From positions 25,358,001 to 25,422,000 of the forward strand of contig OX597818.1 of NCBI GenBank assembly GCA_951406725.2: a stretch of DNA of 64,000 nucleotides, in the 5' to 3' direction. This document shows, one piece after another, positions 1 through 15,160 of the stretch (within the stretch, counting starts at the first letter, position 1; every line of letters starts with the position of its first letter). The notes under the pieces are model-generated. The model did no database searches. It was not told where the DNA came from and saw only the letters and a list, made by a program, of their open reading frames with translations. The DNA comes from Octopus vulgaris. Lineage: Eukaryota. The position numbers were made by a program, and so were the translations under genes.

Positions 1-99
1 AAAAAAAAAAAATTTTAATAAGTAGGGAGGAAGACAGAATCTTTATAGCATAAGGGAAATAGTTGTACTTCATTTGAAGAAAAGAAATTGATAGAAATT

Positions 100-700
100 C
101 CTTAAGTTATACTCAGTGTTAACAGTAGACACATGCAGCAGGTACACTAGGTAATAAGGACTGAGCTCCTGGGAAGTAATTGTTCTCAAATATCCAGTTG
201 AATCTGTCAATAGCATGCTTGTTGTCTGGGTGACCTCATAAGCAGTGACAAGAGCTAGTGTTCTGAAAGCATGATATCCAGAATGAGTTGGAGGAAGATC
301 CGTGAACTCTGCTGACAATTGTAAGATGCTTGTGTGTGAAGTGCATTGCTGCATGGTAACATGAAAGATCTTCTAAGTTGAGAAAGAAATGAAGCAAGCA
401 TACTTTGTTAGATATTCCTTGTTAGTGTGCATGAACAACAAAATGTAAATGAACTGATAAGTGTATAAGAGGAATCAGATGTAGTGTGCAAGAGAGGAAA
501 CTACTGGTGTGAGTATGTGGTACAAATCGAGGATGGCAGCTACATAAAGAAGTGCTAAGCTCTGTAAGTGCATGGTATCTGTAAAAAAGCAAAAACTGAG
601 GAAGACTTGGGATGAGGTGGTAAAAATTGTCTCAAGATACTAAATTTGATAAAAGAAACGATGAAGGACCATATCGTGTGGTAATGCATGGTATTGCCGA
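100..700 (+). mobile_element. Highly decayed RTE-clade LINE, ORF2 3' part
   Basis: Similar to the better copies in this window, e.g. gtgcaagagaggaaacta...gaggaagacttgggatgaggtggtaaaa (VQERRL...RKTWDEVVK). Confidence 0.65.
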
Positions 701-3700
701 TCCCTCTTGTACACCACTCTTGCATATTGCCTAGTCTGTATCCTCATATTTACCCACCATCTCTTCTATTTGCTACCTCTTCTGTACTCTCTCTCTTTTA
801 CTTACTGTACCATACCACTATTATTTAGAGGAAAGTACTTGATCTGTGCATAGTGAATATCCTCTACCTTAACACCACTATCCATATGCTATTACTCTTC
901 CTTCCTCTATCCTTTAAAATTATGAAGCTTGAGTGTGGAGGGATTGCACCGTAGCAGCTTTTACCCACCCTTCCTGATTTTACTAATACCATGCTCTCTT
1001 CCACTCACCTTCTTGAATATATTATATTGAAGACATGCTCTTGCTCTTTGTAGTCATCATTTGTGTCTCTCTTTCATGCACCACTTCACCTACCTATACA
1101 CCATATATAACAATGGATAGCACTGAATCTCTTCCAGAAATGCTTTTATAAATTATTAGATTATAACAGTTTAGCATGGAAATCTAAACCAGAATTTTCC
1201 CCTGCCAGTTGTGTGGATATCATTGTAAACTGTCTGTATTTGGATCTGAAGTCTTCAACATATTTAGCTCAAAGGATAGTTCTGATAAATTAGCATTCAC
1301 CTCAACTTTTGACTACCAAGAGAAAAATATTATGATTTAGTTAAATATATTTGCGAAGTAGAAACCAATGGAGACCTTAATTGGAAGAAGGAAGACATAA
1401 TTACAATATTACAACAGTAGGGGTCGATATTGTTTTCTTGCAGGGAAGACAATGAAACTGGACTTTGTCCTGTCAATCATTATGACGTTGTGAACCAAAT
1501 TTTTTTAACTGTTCATTTTTCTATTGTCAATGCCATTGTTCCAAGCACAGAACAGAAAAGTATCAGAAACAATTTGAAAGATGGCTAGCAAGATAAGGAG
1601 AATAACATTTGTGTTAATTAATTAAAACATAGAATGTCTTTCCTCAAACTTATCTTAGCTATGGTTCCTAAAGTTTCTCTTCAGCTGAAGCCAATTCCCA
1701 AGTCTTTCTTCCTTCCATTATCAACTAGATCAATCCACAGACCACCCCAGTACACACTATATCTGGAAGTTCTAGTTCTGATATTCATCATTTGAATTCT
1801 GTAATAGAAAATGCAATACAAAAAGATTCTTCAAAATCATTTCCAATATTAGATGACAATGAAAACAGGAAACTTTAGAACTTTTCATGAGAAGGTGAAG
1901 GTTGCATATTTCTAATCAAACTATTTTCTGTGAAAGTAAGAACAGTGCATTATCTTGTATTTCATTTCATGTGTAGGAGAAACCAAGTGGTCATCATTCA
2001 TGTGACAGTCATGGTGAAAAGTCTTTAGAGCAGCTAGTTCTAATCCTTCACTCACCCCCCCCCCCACCATCTCTAATAACTTCTGTGGTACTAATGTAGT
2101 TTCTTTAAATGAAAGAAAATATGTGCATAAATTCTTCCCCCATACAAAGTACAAAGTCTTCCAAGAGGAAAGGTATACTGTGGAAACTCAACTCACTGAG
2201 CACATGATTCTCTTCAGACCAGCATGAATTCAGCCACCTCCTAAATCTGTTCCAGCAATTAAGCAAAGAGGTCATGAATCACCAGAACCAAATTCTTGTA
2301 TTCAGAAATCTTCTCTCTTCTTTAACAGATTCTGGTAATGATTCTTGTGCATTACCACATGATCTAAGCATTTGGAAAATGAAAACAGAACATGAATGAA
2401 TGTGCTGAATAATATTTTTAAAATGAAGTTTCTTTTTCTTCATATTGAGAGTATAATAGGAGAGTTCAATTCAAGGGAAGTGAAGATCAAATTTGAATTC
2501 ATATTTGTGTGTGGCAGCATATATGTATGTGTTCTCTTGTGTGCTAGTTCAAAGTGTGTGTTTGTGTAAGGGTGTTGATGTGCTAGGCTGGAGCCAACTT
2601 TTTGCTAATGTGATTCCCATTTGTAGTTTCCTCAGCTGTGAAGTTAATTTGTTAGATCAGTTTATATATTATACATAGAGTAGATTTAACTAAATCGAAT
2701 GTTGTCAGCTGTAGCAGTAATTGATAACTAGTAGAATGGTGTTTAACAGATGTGAAGAGCTGAATAATGCCAAATTTGATGAAGGGTGAGATTTTCATTT
2801 AGTTAATGTGGATGTATATATTTTTGCCTGTGTATGTGAGTATGTAGACTAACAGAAGCAAGCATGGCAGGTTAATAGTAGCAAATAAACTTCATGACTT
2901 CCTCATTAGATAGTCAACTATTACATGTTTGTACATGTGTAATAAAGAAAAGAAAAAGAATAAGTATTAGTTGCTGTACATTTTTAAATCTAAGAAGAAT
3001 GATCGTGAAAATGTGCAGGAGAAATTGAGTCATTCATATATTGGACCATCAGTTCAGCTATTTATATAGAGAGGCTGTATGATATGTATACAAGGTGTAA
3101 ATATTCAAATGTGTTTGATTTGTGAGTTGATACAGATGCTTGGGAAAGACTGAATGAAATCTTAAGAAACACACATTTGAGTTGATTCAGTTTTTTTCTG
3201 ATGCTTTTTAATGAGAGTAGCTGAAGAAATGGCTGATATCATTTTTCTATGGGTAGAAAGATTTATGCTGTATGTTTGTATGGTAAACAAACCAACATGG
3301 AAAAAAAAAAATAACAATTGAAAGGAAATACAAAATACCTGTGCAAAACAGTTGAGCTATAAATGAGCTATAATTGCATGAAAAATAACAAAATAAATGA
3401 AAGAAAAATGTAAATGAGAATGATTTAGCTATTGATGGAATTGCTTGCTGTGAGAATGGTCTGCTATTCAAAAGTGTTTCAAAAGCTTCTGAACGTATCA
3501 AGTAGAAAAATGAAATTTTTATAAAGATCTGAAAGTCCTGAATCTTCTTCTTGATCAGTTGCAATTTCTGTGAGATTCACCAAAGTCCATTTCCTGAGAA
3601 ATGAAAGCTGATCGTGTTGATTGTATTTGTTGGTATGTTGTGATTGTGAAAATGAATTCTGTGATTACTGTGGTTGAGAACTGAGCATCTGTATTACTAG

Positions 3701-6700
3701 TATGATTATATTGAGTCTAAAGCTGGCAGCTGACTGAATAGATTTCTTTTGTGGGAAGTTGTTTGTGAGCCTTTTTCTGTTAGTTGAACAAGAGATAAAA
3801 AAAAAATTGGTACTTCTCATCTCTACAGCACCACCAAACTGGGTTGAGGGAGATGCATAGCCATGGTTGATATACTGGACAGACATTCAGAAAATCGTTC
3901 GTTTTGTCATGATTTGTTGCTCAGAGACAGTGAACTGCCAAAACAACATAACAGTTTTAGCACAATTATCATGCAATCTGCTCTTTATTCTAAAATTAAA
4001 AAAAAATCTTTGTTGTCAGTAGCAGTAGCAGCTCTCTGAACTTCCAGCTCATTCTAACATGGGCTGCTATACTTTCAGAGCAACCACTTCCCTTGTTTAT
4101 TACATTTCTGAGGTAACAAAAACTATCAACTACTTGTGAACCATTTTGGCATTTTAGAATAAACATTTCCTAATACATACCGCTTCAGTGCATCTATCAC
4201 ATACTAAGTTCACACACGTGTATGTGTGTTCGTAAATTCTTTGTTACACACACAATCAGAAAAATGGACCAGAAGGATTTTCAAGTTCATTATTCAAGGG
4301 GAGTAACTGTGGAATTACCTTTATTTTGAAACTGGTTCCCATTCTGTGAACTTACTTTGGGACATACTTTCCAATCATTTCTATAATGATTTTATTTGGA
4401 GATGACCATGATATCATTAGTCCTTTACTCTAAAACATCTTGGACTTTGTGTCAATATTAGAAATTATGTTGACTATATTTATAAAATATATGTCTTCCT
4501 TTCTTGTCCATAACCTAGAGAAAAACATGATTTACTATGTCTGTTCCATCTAGCTGTTTAATAATCAAAGCAAAAATGTATTAATTTCAATCATATGAAC
4601 TGTAATATTCCAAGAATTTTATTTTAAAAAATTTTGAAATTTCTTTGTTGATTTTTTTTTTTTTTTTTTTACAAGGCATACTTTTGTTTGCTGAAATGAT
4701 TGAATTTAAAGTAACATATTTTATGGCATTCTTAATTTTTGTGTTTGTTAGATTATTTGATATCTTTATTTTATGTTCATACTAAATTTTATATTTCTAA
4801 ATTTATATTTAAAAAAAAAAAAATATTTTATCAGAGGATATAGCTACTTTTTACTTAGAAGTTAGGTCTTAATGTCACTTCTTAGATTATTTCATTAAAT
4901 TGATTTATAATTTCAGAGGCAGCATGATATCCTGAAGCATTAATAAGTACTATAATTTTAAGGTTAGCTGAAACTCTTGCACAGAAAGGATTTAATTCAT
5001 ACTATTCCTAATCATATTAATAAGTGACTTATTTAAAATGATTTAAGAGTGATTTAATTGACAAAATTATGATATTATTTTAAAATACAGACTATCAAAT
5101 GGAAGAGTTATTATTTGGCTGTCAGTGGATCTCGTACATGGAAACTAAAAGAAACGCAGGTCTTACTACACCTGTAATTTAATAGACTAATAGTGGGGAA
5201 TGCTTATCCATTAACACCAAAATTTAAGTTGAAAGTAAGTAGGCTAATTGGATGGAATATACATATGTTAATATCCAAAATCTATTACATTGAGGGTAAC
5301 ATAAAGCCCGTTTTCTATTGTTTCTGATCTAAAAAAGTTTTAATGCAATATACATTACTGCATGGTTTAAAGTTTATTAAATTACAATTATATATGTATA
5401 ATTTTCATTTACCTTTTTCACAGTGTATTTGAAAAGTATTTTGCCATAACCATAATGGAAATGGAAGGGAATCTGCTATATCTAGACTTTTCTGGGATGT
5501 GAACACAAGAAGGCACTGGTGTGTTCTGTTTGTTTGTAGGCAGTTGTGATGTATGAGCTGCTGGAGTTGGATAAGAAGTGAATTAGGGCAATATGCATCT
5601 AGCCTCAGTTGTTTACAACTTTGATGTTTTCTTCATTATGATCACTCTGAACTATCAAAAATGTTCATAGTAAGGTGCAATATCCTTGTGTAGTCTGTGA
5701 GATTCATTATTTCAGGCAGTGTTGATTATGCTGCTGTACTTTCTTCAATGTCTTTTTCTTCTGCCTTGTTAGTAGAACCTAATTCACAATTTCTTCATTA
5801 GCAAGGACTTGATAACAGACCCCCTTTCAGTTATATCCCAGTTATCAGCATTTATAAAGGTGTACTAAAAGTCTATTGCCTGAAATCCTTCAAAATCCAA
5901 ATTGGGTTCTATATTATTCGACAATTTCATCCATCAGTCTGTGAAAGTTGTACTCCACTCCTTCCAAACATCTGCGAAGTGTAAATTCAGATTTTTAAGT
6001 TGTAAGACTCATCGATTCTGAAGTGTCCTGGTTCCTTTTGTATCTTCTTCATCCTCTAACACATCCATAATTTTTTTCCCTCTAAAATTCTTATACACTC
6101 TCTTGCAAGCAATAATTATTGCATTTTCCATTGGTTGACTAACTGAAGATGTATAAGGTGATAAAGAAAAACATTTAATCTTGCAATTTCTATTTATTTA
6201 ATTCTCAGCATTAGGCATTGTCAAGAAGCTTTATATAATGCAAGAAAATCTGTCTGAAAGCATCTCACATCAGGATTGGAAAGTTAGTCAGAAAAAAAAT
6301 CTCTGAAGGAAACCATGTACATAGTTTCTTTTGATTTCCCTAACACCTAGACTAAAAATGATGCAAGCATTTGCACATATAAAGCAACCAAGAGTGTTGT
6401 ATTTATGTTTGTAGTGTGAAATATTTACAGCCCAATAGAACAAGTTAGTTTCAGCAGCAGTATAAACTTTGGACAAAATAAAGTCCTTACATCTAATAAG
6501 TTCATTTAAAAATTTTCTACATAGCTCAGTCTGTGAAGTGACTGTGCCAAGAGTCACTATAGGCTTTTTTGTTCACATTGCTCTGCTTTTTCTAAACTGC
6601 CCTACCACCCAGCCTTAACTGTATTCCAAAAAGCCTTAACATGTTTTCCAAAAGTTTCACTTGCAGATTTCACACACTCTACATTTTTCTTGAACATATT

Positions 6701-9418
6701 AAACACAGCTCATATATTGTCTGTTACACACTGCAGAGCTGTGTTTAGTGCTAACTCTTGATTTTTAAAGAGAGCTGTCACAATTTATTCTTTGATTTGC
6801 ATATATCTGAAACAACTTATCTTTTAACACTGTAAAAGTCACAAACACATGCTGCTGGAACACTTTATTCTAATTTATCAATTAACTAGAATTTCTATGC
6901 AGCATTTAAGTTCACTTTCTTTTAAATTCTTTCTTTTTCTTTAATTTCTATTACTCTATGTAAATTTAATTTGTAAGGATTGCACAATTTTTTAAATGTG
7001 AATAATTTGGAAACCAAGGAACACTGTATAAACCTGACAACAGGTAAAATTTAGCCTACCATCCTAAAAAAAAAGTAAAGAATGCATTGAATACTGTACC
7101 TTTGGATACCCCTGAAGTAACAAAAAAACACATGAGCAAAATCAGCACTATTAAAAATTTAATTGTATCATAAAATCATAATTCATCAAAATTCCTATTA
7201 AGACATGCTTGCTTACCAAAGTGAAAGCAACTATAGTCTGATAAAGTGAAACTGGCACCTTATTTATAAAGAATGTCCTGTTTTAATTCATAACTCCAAT
7301 ACTTTCTATGAACTCTTTTCATTCTTTTTTCCCTCTCACTCCCACTCATATACATCCCTTGCTTTTCTTTCAATAATTCTTTAACCTATTTCAACAACTT
7401 CATTCCCTCTCCCCCTTTTTACTCTACAAAACAGTTCTATATCTAAAAAATAAATCAAGGTCCATTCAACCTAAGGTTTAGGGTACATGTTTTGCTGTGA
7501 ACTAGTTTTGCTTGTTCTGTTTATCACACTGAAGCATAGTTCTTTCCCTTCTTTCATTGTTATAACATATTTTTGCTAAATATGCTGTTTTCCAGTTAAT
7601 ACTGTATAAAAAATTCAGGAATTGTTCACATTTAGCTATACAGTGGAACTGATTTTATTTCTTAGGCAATAGGCTGTAAACCTTGAAACAAGCTGAATAA
7701 GAGATGAGACTATGATTGTACAGTACCAGGCTCTGGAAATCGTATTTTTAGTCACTTGTTTTTCATTATTGGAGTAGATTCCTACATAAACTATGCTCTA
7801 TCAATTGAAATTGTTGCTATTTTTGTGGAAACAAAATTTTGTTAAACAATAGTTCAAATCTTGTTTCCTGTAATCAAAACTAACTGTAAGTGATGATCAG
7901 TTAACACTGACTTATTAATATATGTAATCTTTGAAAATGCCCCCCTCCCCCGCCATAAATAGTTTATGCCAAATGATAAAACACATTCCTGAGCTTAGGG
8001 CTTTAAAAAAAGCATATCCTTTGCCTAGGAGGCATTTATAAAAGTTGGTCATGTTTTCTTTTTAATGCTTTCATATTTTCATTGGGATTTAACAAACTCT
8101 ATTGAAACTGTGGCTTCAGCCAAGTGAGAATGTCATGAGCATATTCGAGAGCAAATGGATTTCCTTCTTGGTTGTATTTTTCATAGAGAAAGTGGTTGAA
8201 GTTATTTATAAGCTGGGATTAAAAGATTAATCTACATTGAAAAATCTTCACTGCAGAATATTATGTTGCATATTAGCTCTGAGTTGTTTTCTAAGACTGA
8301 ACTCATTAAAATGCATGGTTAAGGTAGCTAAAAATTCCAATTTCTGCAACCATTTGCAGTTGAGCACAGTTTTTCTCATTTCCCCCCAAAATGTCAATCT
8401 CCATCTGAAGTTTAAAAAAAAACTTTACCTTTACTAAGCTATCTTACAATTAGCATGATACAATGAACTCTATTTAACTTCTAATTCTTCCAAAATTGTT
8501 TGAAACTCTGATGATTGAGTGTATGCAATCAAATAAAATTTACTGTTATTATTGGTTTGTATTAAGCAATAGACTAAATGTTTTCCCCTAAGTGCCTTCT
8601 GATAAATAATGTGGTATTAAAAAAAAAATGTTTTGCACAACCCAGTCTATAACTGTCTTTGTAGGCTTGTCCAACAAAACCTTTTCCACTGAGGTTTTTT
8701 TAATATTTTTTTACCATCAGTTGTAATATGCTTTAGATGTTTCCAAACCAGATTGTACTTAATTGATACTATCTCCATTTGTGTATGTGTGTGTGTGTGT
8801 GTGTGTCTAGAGGAAGAGGTAGTACCTATGGTCTTTAAAAACCTTCTTAAACTAGTGAGATTGATATTATTAATGTTCCACTTGAACTTGTGGAAATGAC
8901 ATGAGCAGTGAAGGAACTAATGTTCTGGGAAAGAAAGACCAGGTGTAGTAACTAGAGCAAAGTTGTAACATGGAGTGCTGCAAAAGATGTACAGTTTTGA
9001 CATGATAAAGTAGTCTTTTATAAAGATGAACTGCGTAAAAATCAAATAGTCTGTTCACAAACATTTAATGCTTGTGAAACTTGGGTTCAACAATCAGTTA
9101 GACAGCAAGCAGTGAGATTGATGAACCCAAGATGATGACTTTTTCCTCTAAGGTCTCCTTGCTGTCATGAAATGTGAACCACATTTCTCTGGTAGCAGCA
9201 ACAGAACCATTTGTATTGTATTTGATATTTATAGGTTTTAGATTTTGACAAGTTGATCAAGTCCAATTTTGCAAAAGGCATGGCTTGCTGAGTGAAGTTT
9301 GTAATAGATATTGTTAGCAAATCAGCCTATAGTTGCAACAAGAAAACTGCATTTGTTGTGGACAGATATTGTCCCTTTAAAGAGAATCAGGTAAACAATT
9401 AAAATATCAAACTCAGCA

Positions 9419-10470
9419 TATCATCACCATCATCATCATTTAACGTCTGCTTTCCATGCTAGCATGGGTTGGACAATTTGACTGAGGTCTGGCAAATCAG
9501 ATGGCTGCACTAGGCTCCAATCTGATCTGGCAAAGTTTCTACAGCTGGATGCCCGCTTTTACGTGCCACCAACTTGAGGGCCACTCAGGTGGTACTGGCA
9601 ACAGCCATGCTCAAATGGTGCTTTTTATGGCCACGAGGTTATGGTCTCACTTGGCTTGCCGAGATCTTCCCAGTTAGCCTTCCTTTCATATTGGTGCACC
9701 TCTTATGTGTCCATAGCTTACACTGGGTACATCTTATAGAGTTTCTACCAACACCTTTTCTACATATCAAGCAGGGCCATCCACCTGAAGGGGTATGTGG
9801 TTTGTCTGCCTTCCTACTTATTAGGACTTTGGTCTTAGCTAGGTTGACTCTAAGGCCCTCGATTCTAATCCTTGCTTCCATACTTGAAACTTCTATAGTT
9901 CTGATAGGGACTCAGCAATTAGAGTAAGGTCATCAGCATAGAGGAGCTGCCAGGGGCATCCTATCTTGAATTCCTGTTATTGCTTGGAGAACTATGATAA
10001 ATAGGAGGGGGTTGAGGACTGAACCCTGGTGGACCCCTACTTCTACCCGGAATTCTTCACTGTACTCATTGCCAACCCTCACCTTACTGACAGTGTCCCT
10101 GTACATGGCTCGCACAGATCTCACTAACCATTTATGTATCCCTAGTTTCCTCATTAACCACCAGAAAAGGGATCGGAGGACTCTGTCAAAGGCTTTCTCC
10201 ATGTCAACGAAAGCCAGGTACAGAGGTTTACCTTTGGCTTGGTATTTCTCCTGCAGCTGTCTTACCAGAAATATAGCATCAGTGGTGCTTTTCCCTGACT
10301 CTCTTTCTCCCATTCATTTTCTTTATTGAGCAACCTTTCATAGTGACGTCTCCAAACTTGTCTCTTTGCATCCTCATTTAGCACAAGTGAACCATTATCC
10401 ATGCAGACACATTTCTTTCCACGACCTCCACACAAAAACTAATTGGCTTCCCATGGTAACTCGTGCATGC
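9419..10470 (-). mobile_element. RTE-clade LINE, internally deleted copy
   Basis: (CAT)n tail plus tttaacgtctgctttccatgctagcatggg 3' end. ORFs carry RT motifs STTDAIFLVRQLQEKY, LYLAFVDMEKAFDRV and GVHQGSVLNPLLF. Confidence 0.92.
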
Positions 10471-10479
10471 AACTATAAC

Positions 10480-11375
10480 ACTGTAGATTTAGAGAGGAAA
10501 TTTCAGGCATGGAAGCAAAACCCAAAACTGAAAAGCCTTAAGCAAAACTGAGCAAAGATCAAAGTTTTAGTAAATAGGATTGAAGACAAAAACATGCTAT
10601 TATCAGAGATAGGGCCAAGATTGTTTAGAAAAAGGAATAGGTGAAAATTCCATGCAGTTGACCCGGTGTAAACAATGAGTAAAGAAGAGCAGGCTGACAG
10701 AGATGGTTGACTCCATATGTGCAGGTACACAGGTGTAATAAACACAAAGAGTTTGCAGGAAATAGTTACTCTCAAATGTCTAAAATGATTCCCTAGTAGT
10801 TAGTAGCTTCTGTTATCTAAGCAACCTAATTGGTTGTAGAGTTGTGTGTTTTGAGAACATAGTAGCTAGAGTAAGAATGGGCTGGAAAAATTCAAGGAAC
10901 TTTCTCTCCAGCTAGCAATAGAGGGATTTTCTCTCAAATTGATGCTTGTGTACAGTGTAGCTCTACATGGTAGAGAGATGTGAGTTTTGATTGCAGATGT
11001 GTATTCAAGACTAGTGAGTAATGAAGTGAGCATGGTTTGAGATATGTGTAAATATATTAGTATACATGCATGTGATACAAATGAATTGAGAGAAAAAGTG
11101 GAAATAAAGAGAATTAGATGTGTACAAGAGAGACAACTGTTGTGGTATAGGCATGTGATATGGATGATGACAGCTGCATAAAGAAGTGTTAAGCACTCAA
11201 AGTGAATGGAACCTATGGAAAAGGAAACCCAGAACACTTGAGATGAAGTGCTGAAAACTGATGTCAAGATGCTGCATCTCATAAAGATTACAAAGAGCTA
11301 CATTGATTGGAGGTATATGATGCTGGAAAAGATCTGACCATTCATGCAAGCATTGGTGGAACACATTAAAATGTG
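10480..11375 (+). mobile_element. Older decayed RTE LINE 3' region, adjacent and opposite to the previous copy
   Basis: LERKFQAWKQ-like segment, then ctacatggtagagagatgtg (LHGSETW-like), ...gaacacttgagatgaagtg, ending ccattcatgcaagcattggtggaacacattaaaatg. Confidence 0.75.
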
Positions 11376-12639
11376 AACAGTGATATCAGCTGAAATATGT
11401 TTTGTGTGTATATGTATGTATTATTTGGCATTTTACCTATTTTGTACCAGCTGCCTTTTGTGCTGATTCAATACCCTCTCTCTTAACTTTATCATGTCAC
11501 CCTTGGATTGAGAGAAACATTAGATCTTCCACACTCAATACCTCTCTACCACCATTTGTGTCTATTTTTTCCTCCTTCCTATCATGTTGTATAAGTAGCT
11601 TTACATCAAACTTGTTGGTTTCCAAGATACCACTTCTTTTACTCTACTGCCAACCAACACACACACACTCTCTCTCTCTCTCTTGAGTTACTCGTTTATT
11701 GAGATCCTTCATTTACCAGCTAACATTACCCTCTTATACTGATTTCATTGATATGTATCACACACACACATTCTTCTTTTGTTTGTATCTCTCTTTGCCT
11801 CTCTGATCATGATGCCTGAGTAATGAGAGATTGCCTCAGATCTATTTATTTGATTTACTCCTTGCTCTCTCACCAACAGATATGTAGCTGCCATTATGAT
11901 GTCTCTCTGATCATGATGTCTGCTTAAAGAGGGATTGATTGGATCTGATGCATCTTTTACTCTCCTATATTGCTAGCTATCACTCTTCCTTCAAGTATCA
12001 CCTCTCTCTTACCCACCACTGACAGCCTCTCTTACCCACTAACATTATCCTATACTGCCAGCCATTGCTCCCTCTCCCTAGGTTAATCATTATTGACATT
12101 CTTACAACTGCCTGTTTCTGCATCTATCTATCACCTTTTTGCTACCATTACTCTCTCTCTCTCTTTCTTTCTTTCATACTCCTTCTAGCACTTTCCTTTT
12201 CTCCTTCCCAGTCTCTCTAATTGCTCTGTATCTCTCTTCATACTCTGTTGATAAGTTTTTCCCTTATAAATGGAGTCGATGTAAAGAAGGGATGACTGTT
12301 TTTGTCTTGAAGAGTACAAAACAACCTCACTAGTGCTAGTATCACAAAATGCAACCAGTACTCCTTTGAAAGGGGTTAGTGAATGAGTGGAGACAAGGTC
12401 GTATAGTGATGATTCTTTATACTTGTTGAGAACGAGACAGACTCTTTAGTGCTGAGATCACAATGAAATCCACTCATTTCATTCTGTGAAGCTGTTGGTG
12501 TTACAGAGGGCATTCAGCTATAGAAGCTAAACCAAAAGTATAACATGAGTGACATCTGAGCCTCTAACCCAACTAGGAGAGGAGCATGGAAGGCAAGCAT
12601 AAAATAATAAATATATGGTGAACTCTAGCCTTTGACTAC

Positions 12640-12942
12640 AAGGGTTCAGTTGTCCAAGCATCTGAATTACCTGCTCCTGAATTAACATACGATTGATTGA
12701 GTATTCCATAGATATTACTCAGGAAGAATCAATGTGATACTTTGTCTAATAAGGCTGTACCTTTTGAATTACAAGTACAATGCACCTGACGGGTTTCTGT
12801 ACTGTTTCCGTTTACCCATTTTCAGTCACAAGCAGCAAGTGGATCTAAAGGTATAAAAAATTATATTTGCCCAAAATGCCACACTTTGTGATCAAACCCA
12901 GGGCATTGTGGTTGCAAAGTGAACTTCTTAACCATTTATGTG
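12640..12942 (-). mobile_element. tRNA-headed SINE, tail type 3, decayed
   Basis: Head remnant gaacttcttaacca. The tail reverse complement (ttgtacttgtaattcaaaagg...cctt) matches 53430-53590. Confidence 0.55.
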
Positions 12943-13849
12943 TTAATTGCAAAAGAATGATTATTCCAAGCCAAATATGACTTAGGTATATAGTTGTCTT
13001 TAGATATAGAGAATTGTTGAGGCAAATGATATATATTTTATTAACTAACAAATTATTTCTTTCTAAATACATTTGTTGATATCCCAAACTTACTTCAACC
13101 AATTTCATGAAAAACCTGTTTTCAATTGTGACAAACTTGACATTACTTCTCTTGACCATAGTCGATACTGTATTCAATTTCACCTAATTTCACCTTCAAA
13201 TACATATTTCAAAATTTTAAGTAATATCATTATTTGAGTCCTTAGTTTATTTCCTTTTATTAACCAACAACAATAGAGCAATAAGTAACCTTAATGTTTG
13301 CTCAGAAACTACTAAATCTCTTTCTTGGCCCTCTCCTCACAATATTTCTTTCAGCAACAGTGCAAAATTTTTTTTGGAAACTCACCACTAAATCTGCTCT
13401 TTGGCAATTAAATTCCTGAAAAACAGTTGGCTCTGTACATATTTGCCTAGTGTCTTTAAGCCGTTTAAACAGGACAGTTTTTATTAATACAGTGGTTTGT
13501 TATTTTTTTTTGCTAATTAGCATTTTTCCAAGACATTTCTATCTGTCAGCTCAATGGCATTTGTTTTTCAAAAGCTTACATACATTATACATATTTTTCC
13601 TTCATTGAAATGAAGTGGGGGAAAAAAAAGTCTCATCCCATGTAAAGTATTTTTAAAACACATCAATCTCAGCTGATCCTCTTTATCTGTTTAAAAGGTT
13701 ATTCCACTGGGTTCTTTGGAAAAGTAATTCCTCTCCTAGAAAATATCAGATCATTAGCTCAGTGTTCTCAATTTTACATTAGTAAAAACACCCTTCCTAT
13801 AAGTTTCATATCTAAAACTGTTTTCTTTTGAGTAACAAAAGATCTCGGC

Positions 13850-15160
13850 TTTCAGGCAAGTTACGCATACTGACGTTAGAATATTTTCATGCAGTCTAAC
13901 ATGATAAAAGCTATTTGTATATGTTCAGGTTATTATCATTAAGCTATATACTAAGCCAGCCAGTGTAATTATCCATTAAATAACGAACGAAGTGGATACT
14001 GGCAAAAGAAAAAAACAACAAAAAAACACGTATCTGCAGAATTCTCTTAATTCAATGTTTTTTTCTTTCTTTCTTTAAATACATAAGTTACATTGTTAAC
14101 ATTTTAAGACGGTTACTGGAATCCAGTGACTAAAACCATTAAAAGCCGAATGAATATGGAAATAAAAAATGCAAGCATCATCATTTGTTCTAATAAATGA
14201 AAGCGATGACATAGTTATAGATTGGTAGCGCTCATGTAGTCATAAGAATAGATGACAGATTGGCTGTGTTTGATATAACTCTGGCTGAAGAGTGATGTAG
14301 AAGAAAATATATTTTTCCCTTGTGAGTTGAAAAAATATTTAGATGTAACTTATTTATACGAAATAATACATATGTTGGGTATCTCGAGTGCTATCAAAAT
14401 TAAGGCATAAGTAACCAATAGCAGGTAACATTTAGTCATTGGACGAGAATGTTATGCTCAAAGATCCAAGTGTGTCTTAGAATAGGAAGATTTGAGAAAT
14501 ATTTTTAACATTAAGTGCAGCAGCAGGAAGTAACAGCAGCAGGAACTGGCTGCTGATTGTACATATTGCTGTTGATATAGACATCAGTTCACTCGTATGA
14601 TTACTACTATAACTGCTGCAGCAACGAACTGTTGGGATGCAGGCAACTAGTTACGACTGAACCGGAGATTCTCAGCCACTTCTTTTCGCCCCCTTTTGTT
14701 TTTGTAAGCTTTGTTGCTGCTGGATTTCAAGAGTGGCATGATGCATTCTGTATACAACAGGAGCTCTCTCATCTTAGTAATTTAGCTCTTCGTTGTTGAA
14801 ACTATACATCTCTTCTCGTTACGGCATTGTTTGTCTGCTTAATCATTTCTTAATGGTCTGGTAACACAGTGATTTAACATTTATACAAACTCAAACTGAG
14901 CCTCTAGCTTCTACGCCCACTTTAGCTACACACATTGTCAATAACATAATGCCATGCCTTCTATTTGGACGGCATTGTTGCCGGTGCATCACAAGTGCTT
15001 AGCCATATTTAGTTTATTCCACTCGATCACAATAACAACATGGTGTAACTAGGGTGGTGTGTGACTCTTGAACGAAAACATCGATATATCTAGTGAAAGC
15101 TATCTCTTCTGAGGTTGGATTTTTACGCGTGCCTGATTCTTTTTGTTTTCATCTTCGCCA
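13850..15160 (+). promoter_or_regulatory. Putative internal promoter and 5' UTR
   Basis: CpG is visibly more frequent from about 13.85 to 17.4 kb than elsewhere, and no recognisable repeats occur before about 17.4 kb. CCAAT/ATTGG boxes at 14221, 14259, 14415 and 14438; CRE-like TGACGT at 13871; Inr-like TCAGTT at 14584. Confidence 0.45.

Noticed and set aside
1100-9400. Search for the upstream Sec7 exon or other host exons
   Set aside because: No ORF with EFA6-like sequence and proper splice sites was seen by eye; very small exons could have been missed.
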